Shown: positions 31,326 to 44,274 of the stretch, piece after piece | How the letters are laid out: each line of letters begins with the position of its first letter | Numbering within the stretch: position 1 is the stretch's first letter | Source: the human T2T-CHM13v2.0 reference genome, Homo sapiens | Assembly: GCF_009914755.1 (NCBI RefSeq) | Contig: NC_060935.1 | Length of the DNA stretch: 64,000 nt | Direction: 5' to 3' (one strand) | Position numbers and translations under genes: made by a program | The notes under the pieces: generated by a model | The model's database searches: none | The model's input: only the letters and a program-made list of their open reading frames with translations | What the model was told of the DNA's origin: nothing

Positions 31326-31589
31326 GCTGATTCCAGTCTTGCCAAAATGTGGTATGACTGACTCCCAAACCCGTGTTCTTAGCCTCTATACCATTCTGTC
31401 TTTATTTTTTCACAGTTCAAATATAAGCAGAAGATCTAAGAATATACTGAAACAAATGAGATAGAGTTGAGACCGTGAGTAATATACAGCAAAATAAGGA
31501 TCTCACTCCAGTTCTAAATAAAAAGGGGGAAGTAGGAAGACATCAGCGCTCAAGTCATTCCTACACACTCCTATGACTAAGCACACGTA

Positions 31590-31840
31590 AGGTTGCTTGA
31601 GTGCTCAGCATGTGCCAGTCACTATTCCAGGTACTGGACTTTGGTTAACTCTTTTAACTTGCTCATATCATGGGAGGTATCATGGCTATCCAACTTTGTT
31701 ACTGAAGACACTGAAGCACAGAGAAATTAAGTCACTTAACCAATTCATTTATTTATTGTAGCTACTTAGAGGTAAATTTTGAGTCCTAACCAGTGTGGCT
31801 TGGCTTAAGGGCGTCTACACTTAAACGATATGCTACATTG
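31590..31840 (-). mobile_element. MIR SINE
   Basis: atgtgccagtcactattccagg...gaagacactgaagcacagagaaattaagtcactt. Confidence 0.75.
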
Positions 31841-33559
31841 ATTTTGGAAATAGGAGAAGAGGAAAATGAAGATCCAGCATGGCTTTTATAAGAGCTGCCA
31901 TAACCATTCAACACAACACCCTGACTGTCCACCAATCAATAATACACACCTCTAGTGCCAGCCTATAGCAGAGAAGAAAAAGGGAGGATGCATTTCTAGC
32001 CATGTGGCATGGTCGTCAGACTTGCATTTGAGTCTTGTTTCAGTCAGTTTCTGACTGGGAAACCACAGGCACTCAGAAATTTTGGCTTCAGTTTCCAATA
32101 AAGTAAGACTAAATGGTTTCTCAGGCTGCTTGGCCATTTTCACAGTCAAGAAATAACTATCATTTTGAATTCTGTTGGACTACGTGGAATTTGGGAGAGG
32201 GGGCTCATATTTCCCCACATAAATGGAACCTCAGCTTTCCACCTGAGAATGTCTTTAGCATCACAATTTATCTGGAAAAAACATTGAGGTGAATCTTTTC
32301 ACCTTAAGCTCTAGTGGCATTTATTTGAGTGAAAGGTACAAACTTACTCTAGAAGCTAGTATCTAGTGACAGAGGGGCAGACAGCTTGGGTCACAAGAAG
32401 GGACATTCCTCACTTCAAAGTAGCAAACCAAGTGCTATGCTGTGTGACAGGAAGGTGAATTCTAAAAGAGGCCCTGAAAAATTGGCAAATCTATTAGCAT
32501 AGAGTTGGCTATTCTGACTACAAATCAATGACTCATTTTGCCACTGCCCTGACAGTTGCTGAGTTGTTTCCTTAAGACAACTCTTTAATGAGAAAAAGAT
32601 ACTGCAGATATCTGCATCATTTCACATAAAGACAACAAACACAGTATAACCTAGGTTACCTCTCTCCATCAATACATTGAAGCAAACAAGCCATCCTTGC
32701 ACAAATAGCCACCTCTCTTTTCTTCCAGAACACAGATAATTTCTTATTGCTTAAGATTACCCAAAGTTAGTTATTATGCTTCCAGCATTCTGAACCTCAA
32801 AGCTGACACAGCACATATGTCAATTAAATTCACAGACACATACATCAGCCAAAAAAGGGAAAAAAATAAAGCAATGCATATATTAATACATTTAATCATT
32901 CTATCACAAAAAGAAGGGATGATACTTCTCTAGACACCATATTATGCACTGGAAGCACAAAAGTGAATGAAAAATTTCCTTCCCCTGAGGATGCTCACAA
33001 TCTCACAGGAAACAGAAAGACACATCTGCAAACACAGTAGCATGTGGAAAGTATCCTGATAAATGCGAACACAGTGTGCTCTCAGAGCACAGGAAGGACA
33101 TCCTAATCCTTCAGAGCAAACAGAGAAAGGTCCTTGAATACAGGGCCACAAGCGGAACTTTGGAAGGTAAAGAGGTTTAAGTGAAGGGGCTGAAGGTCAT
33201 CTCAGGAAGAGAAAGAAGCTTATGGGAAGGCCTGAAGGTCTACAGAGAAGGGTTCTGTGTGAAGTAGGAGGTCAGGCTGTATAACAATTCAGAGCTCTCA
33301 ACTTTAAGATTTCATTATCCAGTGTTTTGGTTTTTCTTTTTCTTTTCTTTTGGAAATGTGCTTAATGTTAAAACAAACAGATATATAAAAAGTAGTTACA
33401 GAAAAACAAGCATGGAAACAAAAACAAATGAATTTGCTCTTAAATCAGGCATACAACTCTCACTGCTGACTGCTTTCCTTTTAGTGCCTTTACTAATCAT
33501 TCCTTCCCATCTCAGGACAAGTGTCCTTAGACGTAGGTCAAAGGGTACAGTATTGACAT

Positions 33560-33822
33560 TGTTTAGGATAAGTCTAAAGGTCTGATGTGCAGCACTGGGT
33601 CTATGATTAATGGTATTGTATTGAATACTGGAAATTTTCTAAGAGAGTAGATTTTAGCTGTCCTTCCCCCCCATCCCACCCTCCAAAAAAGAAAAAGAAA
33701 AAGTAGCTATGTGAGATGAAGAATATGTTAATTTATTCAACTGTGGTAATCATTTCACTATATATGTATGTCAAAACATCATGTTGTATACCTAAAATAT
33801 ATACAATTTAAAAAAGAAAGAA
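33560..33822 (+). mobile_element. L1MA10/L1MB-type 3' end
   Basis: gctatgtgagatgaagaatatgttaatt...atcatttcac...aaaacatcatgttgtatacc followed by an A-rich tail. Confidence 0.85.
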
Positions 33823-34569
33823 ATCTGTGTGAGACTTTTCATGAGAAAACAATAAATAAAGGGAAACAAAGAGAATATATTTAACAAATATTTATGCAAC
33901 AGTTGATTATTACATACAGTTATAGAAGTACAAACATGAAATAATGTATACTGGTTAAATGAATCACAACACATTCATACTATTTAATAGCATACAGCTT
34001 TTAAAAAGGAGTGTAATTTGTATATATTTTAATGGAAGAGGATATATGATAAATGAGTGAATAAAATTATTTATAGAAAAATGTATGTATAGTAGGATAT
34101 CATTTTTGTTAAAAATGAAAAACAATTGTATAGCTGTGTGTGTGTGTGTGGGTATAAGTTGATTTAGACATGAGTAAAAACATGACAACCAATTGTTAAT
34201 GATTGTTGCTACTGTTGGAGAGATAGGAAGGAAGAGGTTCTAGGGATCTTACTTTAGAAAAATTTATACACTTCACTTATTTTTACAAAACTCTTTTTAA
34301 AACATTTAAGTATAAAAAATATTGTCTTATGCATATTTATATAGTATAACATATACTTGTGTGTTTATTTGTAAAACATACCTGTATGTAGACAAGTGTT
34401 ATCTCTATCATCTTTCATCTATCTATTTATGTGTTCAATGTTTAAAAATCTTTTAATTTTCAATCCACTTTTTTTTTTTTTTTTTGCCTGGGCCTGAACT
34501 TGGCTTATTTTTTCCCTAGGCCATGTGCTGATTTTCATGACCATCATATCTCATTGATTTTCCAGCTGT

Positions 34570-34876
34570 ATGTTTGTTTCTTTATTTGTTTAGAGACAGT
34601 GTCTCACTCTGTCACCCAGGCTGGAATGCAGTGGTATGATCTCTGCTCACTGCAATCTCCACTTCCAAAGTTCAAGTGATGCTCCTGCCTCAGCATCCTG
34701 AGTAGCTGGGACTGCAGGTGTGAGCCACTACATCCAGCTAATTTTTTTGTGTTTTTAGTAGAGATGGGGTTTCGCCATGTTGGCCGTGCTGGTCTTGAAC
34801 TCCTGGACTCAGGTGATCTGCCCGCCTTGGCCTCCCAAAGTGTGGAGATTACAGGCGTGAACCACCGCGCTCAGCC
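34570..34876 (-). mobile_element. Alu SINE (AluS/J)
   Basis: gagacagtgtctcactctgtcacccagg...accgcgctcagcc, with a short ccagctg TSD. Confidence 0.95.
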
Positions 34877-36725
34877 ACCAGCTGGTTTTTATGTGACATG
34901 TAAGCACAAGGGTCAACAATTTTATAAACAACTGACCATACAGTCAGCCATGCTCCTGAATCCACCAGTACTGGCACACTTCCACAGATTGACCCAGCTA
35001 ATTCAATGCAACAGTTAGTAAATTCATCAAAACAGTTCTTCAGTTTACTTCTCTTTTACAAGAATTTGAAACATGGTACAGAAAAAAAAATATTGTCTCT
35101 CAGTTAGCATTGGGTCTTTGCTTGACCACAGCCAGGCCATGGGCAAGGTGCTTTCCTTTCCTAAACCTGAGTTACACAATGCAGGTAATAAACAAAAGAG
35201 ACAATGTATGTCAAGTTGCTTTATGAAAATGCAAGTTATATGCTAAGATATTTTATTATTTTTTGTACTCTATTTTATTATTTATATGAATATACAAGGA
35301 ACTCTTGGAGGGTAAGGTTATGACTCATACCCCTGGGAAGCACCCCCTGCCATTTATTCAACAAATGTTTATTAAACATCAACTGTGTTCCAGGCACTGA
35401 TTTTGATGCTGAGAAAATAATGGTATTACACCATTAAAGAGACACTTACCCTAATAAAGATTACCACGTAGTGTAAGGACACACACCAAAACAAAATAAA
35501 TAATTAAAATATGTAGCATTGTCTTGCATTAATTCCAAAATTCTTATCGCACAATCAATCACATTTTGTGGTTTAATAGGTGCTTTCAGCGTTTTTTTTT
35601 CTTTTCTTCTAATGTTACACACACAATTGTTGCATCTCGTAATCACTGATGTCCTAGATTTGATGTTTTCTAGAGTACTTTGAGGGTTAAAACAGAAAAG
35701 AAATCAAAGGAGATGTTAGACTTACAGGGTTTCATAAGTCTGTGGGGTCGAACTTCAAACAGAAGTCTGCATGAGCCTGAGCCACAGTTTTCTTCAATGC
35801 TGTTCTCTGCCATTTTCAGGAAACCTTGAGTAAGATGGTCCCTGCCATAGCTTCCCTGGATGCCTCAGAGTCTTCTGAGTGGTCATTATTCATAAAAAAA
35901 GAACTAAAACCTAATTAATTTTTCAAAACACTTGGATTTTTATTGTTACACTTTTTTTTGAAAGCAGACCTACAAGAAGCTAAGATATCAGACATATATT
36001 TTAAATCACAATGATTTCTACCATTTATTAACTCGTGAGATAGTTTGTCTTAAATGCATTATCTCTAATTCTCACTACCATTCAAGGTGTATGTTATCAT
36101 ATCCATTTTACAGATGAAGAAATCCAAAATCTGCAGAAGACAGATGAGGACAACTACAACATGACATATTTGAGCCTCTGGAGCTATTTTCTCATTACCA
36201 TACTATGATCACTATGAACCTTGACAGTTTTCCTGATATTGAGTCGCTTCCTGCATCATCAAGGAAACTATAATCTTATCTAGGGCCTTTAGTATGCTGG
36301 TCATAGCAAATTCAGCCAACTATGCTTACCAAAGCAAGGAATAAGCTCTTGAATTGTCGAAAGACTGGGAACAGGCTTTTTTTTTTTTTTTCTCTTTATA
36401 AAAGGGAAAGGTGGAGTTGTTCAATTCTTCAGTACTTTATTAATTAAAAATCCTAATAAAAGAATAGGCAAATTAGTCAAAATTTCACAGTACAACAAAA
36501 GAACAAGGTTTTGGAGTGGATAAATGTAGATTCTAACTCCACCCCCTTACTTTTCATAAGGTACTCACCTCTCAGAACCTATCTCATCTGTTAATAAGAA
36601 AGAAGGCTGCCTGCCTTCTGTGAGAACCAAGTAAAAACATGTATAAAGACACCTAACCTGGTCTCTAAGAGACAGCTAATACTATTAAGGCAATCCTAGT
36701 GAGAAAAGGTTGTACAATGTAAAAG

Positions 36726-37234
36726 CTGTAGCAGGCAATGTAATGCTCCCCAAAGATATCCACATCCTAATCTCTGGAATCTGTGATGTGTGACATTACA
36801 AGGCAAAGGGGAATTAAAGTTGCAGATGGAGTTAAGGTTCTCATAAGCTGACTAAAACAGACAGATTATACTGGGTTATATATGTGGACCAGTGTAATCA
36901 CAAGGATCTTTAAAAGAGGAAGAGGGAATAAAATGTAAAAACCAGAGAGATGGAAACAGAAGAGGGACTCAGCCTGATGTTACTGGCTTTGAAGATAGAG
37001 GAAGAAGGCATGAGCCTAGAAAAGTGAGCGGCCTCTGGAAGCTGTAAAGAGAGAGCGGATTCTCTAGTAGAGCCTTGAGAAGGAACACAACCCTGAAAAT
37101 GCCTTGACCATAACCCCGGTGAGACCACTGCCAGATTCTCACCCCCAGAATTGTAAGACAATACATTTGTATTGTTTCAGCTACTAAGTTTGCAGTAACT
37201 AAATTTATAATAGCAGCAATAGGAAACTCATACA
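36726..37234 (+). mobile_element. MLT1D-type solo MaLR LTR
   Basis: TGTAGCAGGC...cccaaagatatccacatcctaatc...atagcagcaataggaaactcatACA. Perfect 5-bp TSD aaagc at 36721-36725 and 37235-37239. Confidence 0.92.
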
Positions 37235-37239
37235 AAAGC

Positions 37240-37460
37240 TAAGAGCCAGAAAATCTGGGTTCCACCTCTTGTTCTTCCCCTGTCTAGTTCTGTTATTTTG
37301 GAGAAATTTTTAAGCACTCCATGTCTCATTTGCCTCATCTGTGAAATGGAAATGATAATGCTAGCTACCTCATAGTATGAGGGACTAAAAGAGTTACCAT
37401 ATGTTTTAATAATTTAGAGTAGTGTTTGGCTATGGCAATTATTTAGTAAGTATTAGCTAT
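37240..37460 (+). mobile_element. MIR SINE
   Basis: tctcatttgcctcatctgtgaaatggaaatgataatgctagctacctcatag. Confidence 0.8.
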
Positions 37461-37679
37461 AAGGGCTTTCTTAGAGGACAACAATAATGGTCTCAGCGAC
37501 TTGGTTTCTCATCCTTTAAATGCTATAAAGTCTTACACATCTATATTTCTATGCCATTTATTGCGTAAACTTGGAGAATGGTTAATGGAGCACAGAATTT
37601 ACACCCAGGGAGGAAAATCAAGATCATGCTAGCAGGGAGAACAGAGGCAAAGAAAAAGAGGGCCCTCAGCTTTGATAAT

Positions 37680-37755
37680 GAAAAAAAAAAAGAAAAAGAA
37701 AAAAGAAAGAAAGGAAGGAAGGAAGGAAGGAAGGAAGGAAGGAAGAAAGAAAGGA

Positions 37756-37823
<68 letters not shown>

Positions 37824-37828
37824 AAAAG
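37680..37828. repeat. Polypurine (GAAG)n(GAAA)n tetranucleotide microsatellite
   Basis: Directly visible. Confidence 0.97.
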
Positions 37829-40124
37829 GCAGGCAAGTATGTAAAGAATTGATAACAATGGCAGACTCATTGCCGTTTTAAACCTAACATTTTATCACTC
37901 TTGCCTTTAAAGAACAACCCCGTTGCTTTCAATCATGGGTGTGGAGAATGCACATAACTATTTGGCATTTCAAAGAAATAAAATTTAAAAGAGCCGCTAA
38001 AGTTATCCATCCCTCTTTTCTAAACTTGAAACATCAAAAATAGATGTCCCTGGCATGATAACACACTGAAGTCATTTTGAAAGAGAATTAGAATTTCCAT
38101 TCCTCATTTTCCTTTCTCCCCAGTAAGGTTCCAAGCAGATGGGAATATCAATTTAGTTACTTGACATTTAGAAGCATAAATGACTTAAGAGCTTTATGAT
38201 CCCCTCTCATTGAAGCATATTTGATAACATCTGCCCAACATCTTACATTCATATCAGAGCCAACTATGATTTAACAAGAAGAGAATGGCTAGAATCCAGC
38301 ACCCCAGGGTTCCATCTCTGGTTCTGATACTCACATAAGCAGCAGTAGGTACCTAATGATAACTAAAGCTTATTTTAGGGGCAGTTTATTTGTTTTTATC
38401 CTTGCTGAAATGCTATTATTAATACTAACTGAAAAGTTAGATAAATGGGATAGGTAATATTCTTTCAAAGAGAAAATAATACTGGTCATGGGAAAGTTTT
38501 TATTCAAAGCTTTAGGGGAAAGAAAATCTGTTCTACTTTAGATTGTATTAGAGATACTGCAAAAATATTGAATACTATGGCTAAGGATCTCATTCTTAAA
38601 GAATAAAAATTTCTGTTTTGTTTTTTTTTTGAAAACATGTTACTGTCTTTACTAGAAATTCAAATTCTTTTTTATAATAAATCACAGTACTTCATTTATA
38701 TTGTTACCTCCTCACTAATTATCAGACTGAAGCCTGGAACATAAAAATATATATAGTCTAATCTTTCCATTTTATAGTGTCCTTTTAAAGGAAAGAAGAA
38801 GAATGTCATTCCTGAGACATTTATGAAGACTTATTGGGCAACCTCCAAAAGATAAGAGCCATAAAAAAATTAAGTAACATTAATCAAAATCACTTGAACA
38901 AATAGGGAGCAGGCATCTCCAGACCTAGTATTCACATCTCAGAGAAATATAAATCTCTCTTGAAACTTTGTATTTGGATATTGGCTAGGGAACAGCTTTA
39001 ATTCCTTCAGAATTGTCCTCTCTTGGTATTACCTGTGAGTCCATGTGTGCCATGTCCTGAGAAACTATGCAAAGAGTTAGGACTGAATAAACATTTGCTG
39101 AACAGATTAATTCATTTATTGTTTACAGTGCTTTCTATTATATTGTTCTGGCTTGTAAGATTAAAGAATTTTCTTGTATATATCATCACATTGGAATTTA
39201 GTTTATGGAGTCATTTTGTTACATAAATATAATGAGACATGAAATTCTGAAACTTCAAGGAAACTTAAAGGTCGACTGATCTAATACCCTAATTTTCCAA
39301 TGTGTAGAATGAAAATAACATTTCAGGGACCTCAACAAGTCCTCTAGTCATCTAGTCAAAAGTTTGACAAAACACTTCATGAGACATGGTAATTCATTTT
39401 ATGCCATGGACTCAAATTTAATATCAATGGTTTCATTCAGAAAATAGCTTTATGTTACATTTTAGTTGTTTAAAGATATGCATTTTTTTCTAAAATGTAA
39501 CTCTTGAGATACTGATAACTATCTAATTGTCTTTAATATAAAAATGCATTTACATGAATGAAAAATACAAATATATATGTGCATACACAGATGGTTTCTG
39601 ATTTTCTGACATATTGAATTTAATTTAAAATTTTAAAATTATATATTTACTTGGGGTTTTCTTATCCAATGTCTCTAGAATCCAAACTCCATAAACAGGG
39701 ATCAAATGTATTTATTACCAAGTTCATTGCTTAGCACCTAGTAGATAATCAATTACTAATTGATTCTAAAAATGAATTAAAGAAGACGCAATGACAATTT
39801 GGATATTTTATTAAGATGGTCATGCCTTCTGTGATATCCAAGTATAAATCAGAAGGCCAAACCTCTTTGTTTTGTGATCGGGAAGAAGGTCAGGACCGGG
39901 GCAGGAGGGATGGCCTTGTGATGTATTGGTAAGTTAAAATGACGTAAAGACTCAGGACCAAAACATACCACAACAACTTTTTTGTTCCAATTTCAATCTG
40001 TCTCCTATCCTGGTTTAATATAATTTTGTTGACTTTTCAAAGCAACCCTCTGACAAAGACTTTCCAATAATCACTTGATGTTTTACGATCTAGCATCTGT
40101 TCTCTCTCCTTGTTGTAATGATGC

Positions 40125-40487
40125 AATGTGTTAGGTGTCGCTTTCATCTCACCACTGGATATAGTTTGGAAGAACAGTCAAGCATAGGACACTGCTCATC
40201 CACAACTAAAATATGGGAAGATAGCCTAAGTTTGGACAGTTGTGTTCTCTTTCTCTGAAATTTAACAACAGCAACCAAAAGGCTGAAAATGTTTGGAGTG
40301 AATTCATAGCAATGGTAGCAGTCAAAGACGATGGCCAGTAATTTTTTTCAATTTGGATGACCAGAGATTCTCTGGTTCCCTAGCCTCCTTTATGTCTATT
40401 CCCATATCCTTCTGGTAACTCCATTCCTTCTTATGTCAGATTTAGTCAGTTTCTACTGCATGCAATTAAGCAATTTTAATTAACACA
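40125..40487 (+). mobile_element. LTR33-like ERVL LTR
   Basis: The 3' end ...gtcagtttctactgcatgcaattaagcaattttaattaacaca resembles the LTR33 terminus. Confidence 0.5.
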
Positions 40488-40687
40488 GACCTTAGTGTTT
40501 GTGTAATGTGAAGGTAAGGTCTTCTGAATCCCCACATCTGGATTTGTATATTTATTCTGTCACTGACCATATGATATTCAGGACATTCCTTGACCTACCT
40601 AAGCTCCAGTTTTCCCATGAACATAAGATAACTTTTAAAATTAACTTAAATTAAATGGTGCCTAGGCAGTATTAGGCATGCAGTAAG

Positions 40688-41285
40688 TATAGGAGATCTT
40701 TGAATAACATCCTTTCAGTCAATGTCATTTCGTTGTAACATAGATGACAGAAAAAAAAATGGCTACCAACAGGGGCCACTCTCTGTGTAAAGCCTGGTGG
40801 TTCCCTCCATGTCTCCATGGATTTTCTCTGGGTGCTCTGGTTTCCTCCCACATCCCCAAAACGTGCACGTTAATTGTGTCTAAATGGTTCCAGTCCAAGT
40901 GAGTGTGGGTGTGTGTGCTTGCACTCTGCAAAGAAATGGGGTCTTGTCCAAGGCTGGTTTCTACCTTGCATCCTGAGCTGCTGGGATAGGTTCTGGACAT
41001 CCATGATTTTTAACTGGAATAAGTAGGTAAATAATATCTCACTTGTTTTTATTAATTGTTTTAAATGTATATATAGTTCACATGTATTTCCATGTTTAAT
41101 ATTGTAAGTGTTTTCATCTGTATTTAGAAGTATGGTGATGTTTTTATGATGAGAAATATGCCACAGGAACTTAATTCTTCTTTATATCAATTAGCCTATG
41201 GTAAAATTATTTTCATTATATGTCATTTTGCTTAAAGTTACAGTTTACAAGAACCCATTGATGACTTTAAGTAAATACTCACTGT
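40688..41285 (-). mobile_element. MER6A (Tigger-family DNA transposon with an internal V-SINE-like domain)
   Basis: ggtttcctcccacatccccaaa...gctgggataggttctgg...atcaattagcctatggtaaaatt, ending ...tactcactgta. Confidence 0.85.
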
Positions 41286-42589
41286 ACTCGATTGATGGTA
41301 GAAGGCTAATATGAATATCAAGAGTAAAATTACTCTTTATGTAGGTATTATAATCCAGGAAGAATTACAGTTAACAATGACATTTCTCCAAGTGTTTCTT
41401 GTAAGAGCCTTTCCAAGAGGTGCTAATCAGGCATTGATACAGCATTCTTTAATTTTGAGATGTACAGATTTTAAAAAACGTTTTCTAAACTCGGACTCAC
41501 CTGAAAGTCAATGTTTTCATTTAGTGAGTTAGTGTTCCTTTGTCCCTTTTTATTTCTCCCCTTAAGGTCATTAAGTTGGTGATGCACCTTACAAGCAATA
41601 GGACCCTAAACTAAAAAGTATGGTAACTGACAGGAGTGTGAGGTAAATTACTCACACACAAAACATGGTGTGTAGGACCCCACCCACACTCTTTCAGCCT
41701 AGCTACTTTCATCCAACCATAATGGAGAAAGCAATTCTAGTAATCTTACCTCCACATTTGAGTTGACCTTTCACTTGTCTTAAATAGAAACACAATTCTT
41801 TTTGCGTTCATCAGGGATTCTCTGTGTTCAAGCTTCTGTTTTTGTAGACTATTGTAGTTCAAGTTTATTTTAAGTTGGGATAACAGATAGTTGCTAATTA
41901 AAGTACATTCTTACTGACCTATGGTTTTGCTTCACATTTACTGCCTCTACAATCATGATCTTAGAGGGAATAAGGAAAAAATGCACTCTCCTGCTGGGGC
42001 TGACTTCTGCTCAATGTTACATAAGCTATGTTAGCACTCACTGTTGGACATTGATTTTTTCTTTGGGAGAACAAAGGTGCATGTGTATATCTTGCCATAG
42101 GCCAACTTGCCTCAGTTTACCCACTTATTGAATGAACTACATAGTTGCTATTATGTATAAGGAATAAGTATGCTTGATTAATATTTAGGAGGCCAAAAGA
42201 TCCAGAGACAAGCAATAAAGAGTCAAAGTGCATTGTTTTGTTGCTGTTTTTTTATTAATATTGACTGAGAGGTATTGAGCCAACCAAGCACACAATGTTG
42301 TATTGATTTTCAAAGTGAGCACTTAACTGAGGCATCAACATTAAATCTAAACATAATCCTTTTGTGGGGGAATAAAGCATGATCTTTGTCTTCTAGCCAG
42401 GTTTCTTTGATGCAGGTTTATTTGAAGCATGAAGACCTTGGTCCAATGACTCTTTGAAGTTGCTCAATTCCAGTGTTCAAAGAGAGGATACTACAATGTC
42501 AACAACTGGCCTGTAAATCTTAAGAATTGATTTGAGGCACGTTATGATTCTGAAGTATGAGGAAGAAAGAAGAAGGATGGAATAATTTA

Positions 42590-42765
42590 AATGGTAGTGG
42601 TTTTAGAGTTATACAGATGTGGATTCCAAACCTTGACCTACCACTTACCTTAAGCAAGTTACTTGACAATTCTGAAACTGTTTCCTCAACTGTAAAATTG
42701 AGATCATGTGCATGTAAATTAAACACATGATTGTTTGTTGGAGTGCAATAAATGTTGGTTCTCTT
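42590..42765 (+). mobile_element. MIR SINE
   Basis: ttaagcaagttacttgac...gtttcctcaactgtaaaattgagat...caataaatgttgg. Confidence 0.75.
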
Positions 42766-43139
42766 TTTTCTCTGTTCTAAAAATGAGCTAGAAGCTATTA
42801 GCTATGGGAGGAAATACTTTCTATAGATCACAAGTGCAGAGGGAACATATAAGGACTGTTTAGGTTCAATGAAACATGAAATGGAAGAATATACTAGTAC
42901 TTATGCAATCTGGAAAACTATAAACTCCATTCAAATACACTCTTCTTTTTTCATCAACTAAAAAGTCATACCAGTGTAATGAGGTCACGTTGTTTTTTTA
43001 GAAATAGTTTTTCAGTACCAGTGACTGTGGGTCATTGCCATCTATGAGCATTTGTCCCCAAATGCAGCACATGTAGCAATAGCAAGTTAGAGGTAGAAGG
43101 CTCTGCATGGAGTAGGTAAGAGTAGACATTGAACATTCC

Positions 43140-43500
43140 AAAATATAAAATATCAGGAATTGATAAAGGAATTATCATGCTATTTCAGAAAGAAGACAGA
43201 GAAGACCTTTCTGGAATCAGCCCTTTGAAGAGACTAGAGGAAAGTGAAGAAGATAGCTGTGCGGGTATCTCAGAGATTACATTCCCTCCAAAGAGAAGAG
43301 TGAATGCAGCTAGAGCAGAACTGTGTAAAAACCAGGAAGGAACGGTGTGACTGGGGCATGGTAGACAGGGTAGAAGGGTTAGAGATGACAGCTGAGACAT
43401 GGTGGCAGTAAACAAGGTAAACATTATTCTAACTTCAGTGGCAGTCAATGGAGGTTTTGAGTGGTGGAGAGATGTAATCTGACAACACTAGGAGTTAGTT
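43140..43500 (-). mobile_element. L2 LINE fragment
   Basis: cagccctttgaagagact...aatggaggttttgagtggtggagagatgtaatctgac. Confidence 0.55.
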
Positions 43501-43540
43501 GTGGTTGGTGTTTTGGAACAGAAGAGTGAACAGTGTTTTC

Positions 43541-44274
<734 letters not shown>

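Noticed and set aside
37541-37881. Lys/Glu/Arg-rich and Phe/Leu/Ser-rich ORFs
   Set aside because: They are translations of the (GAAA)n microsatellite.
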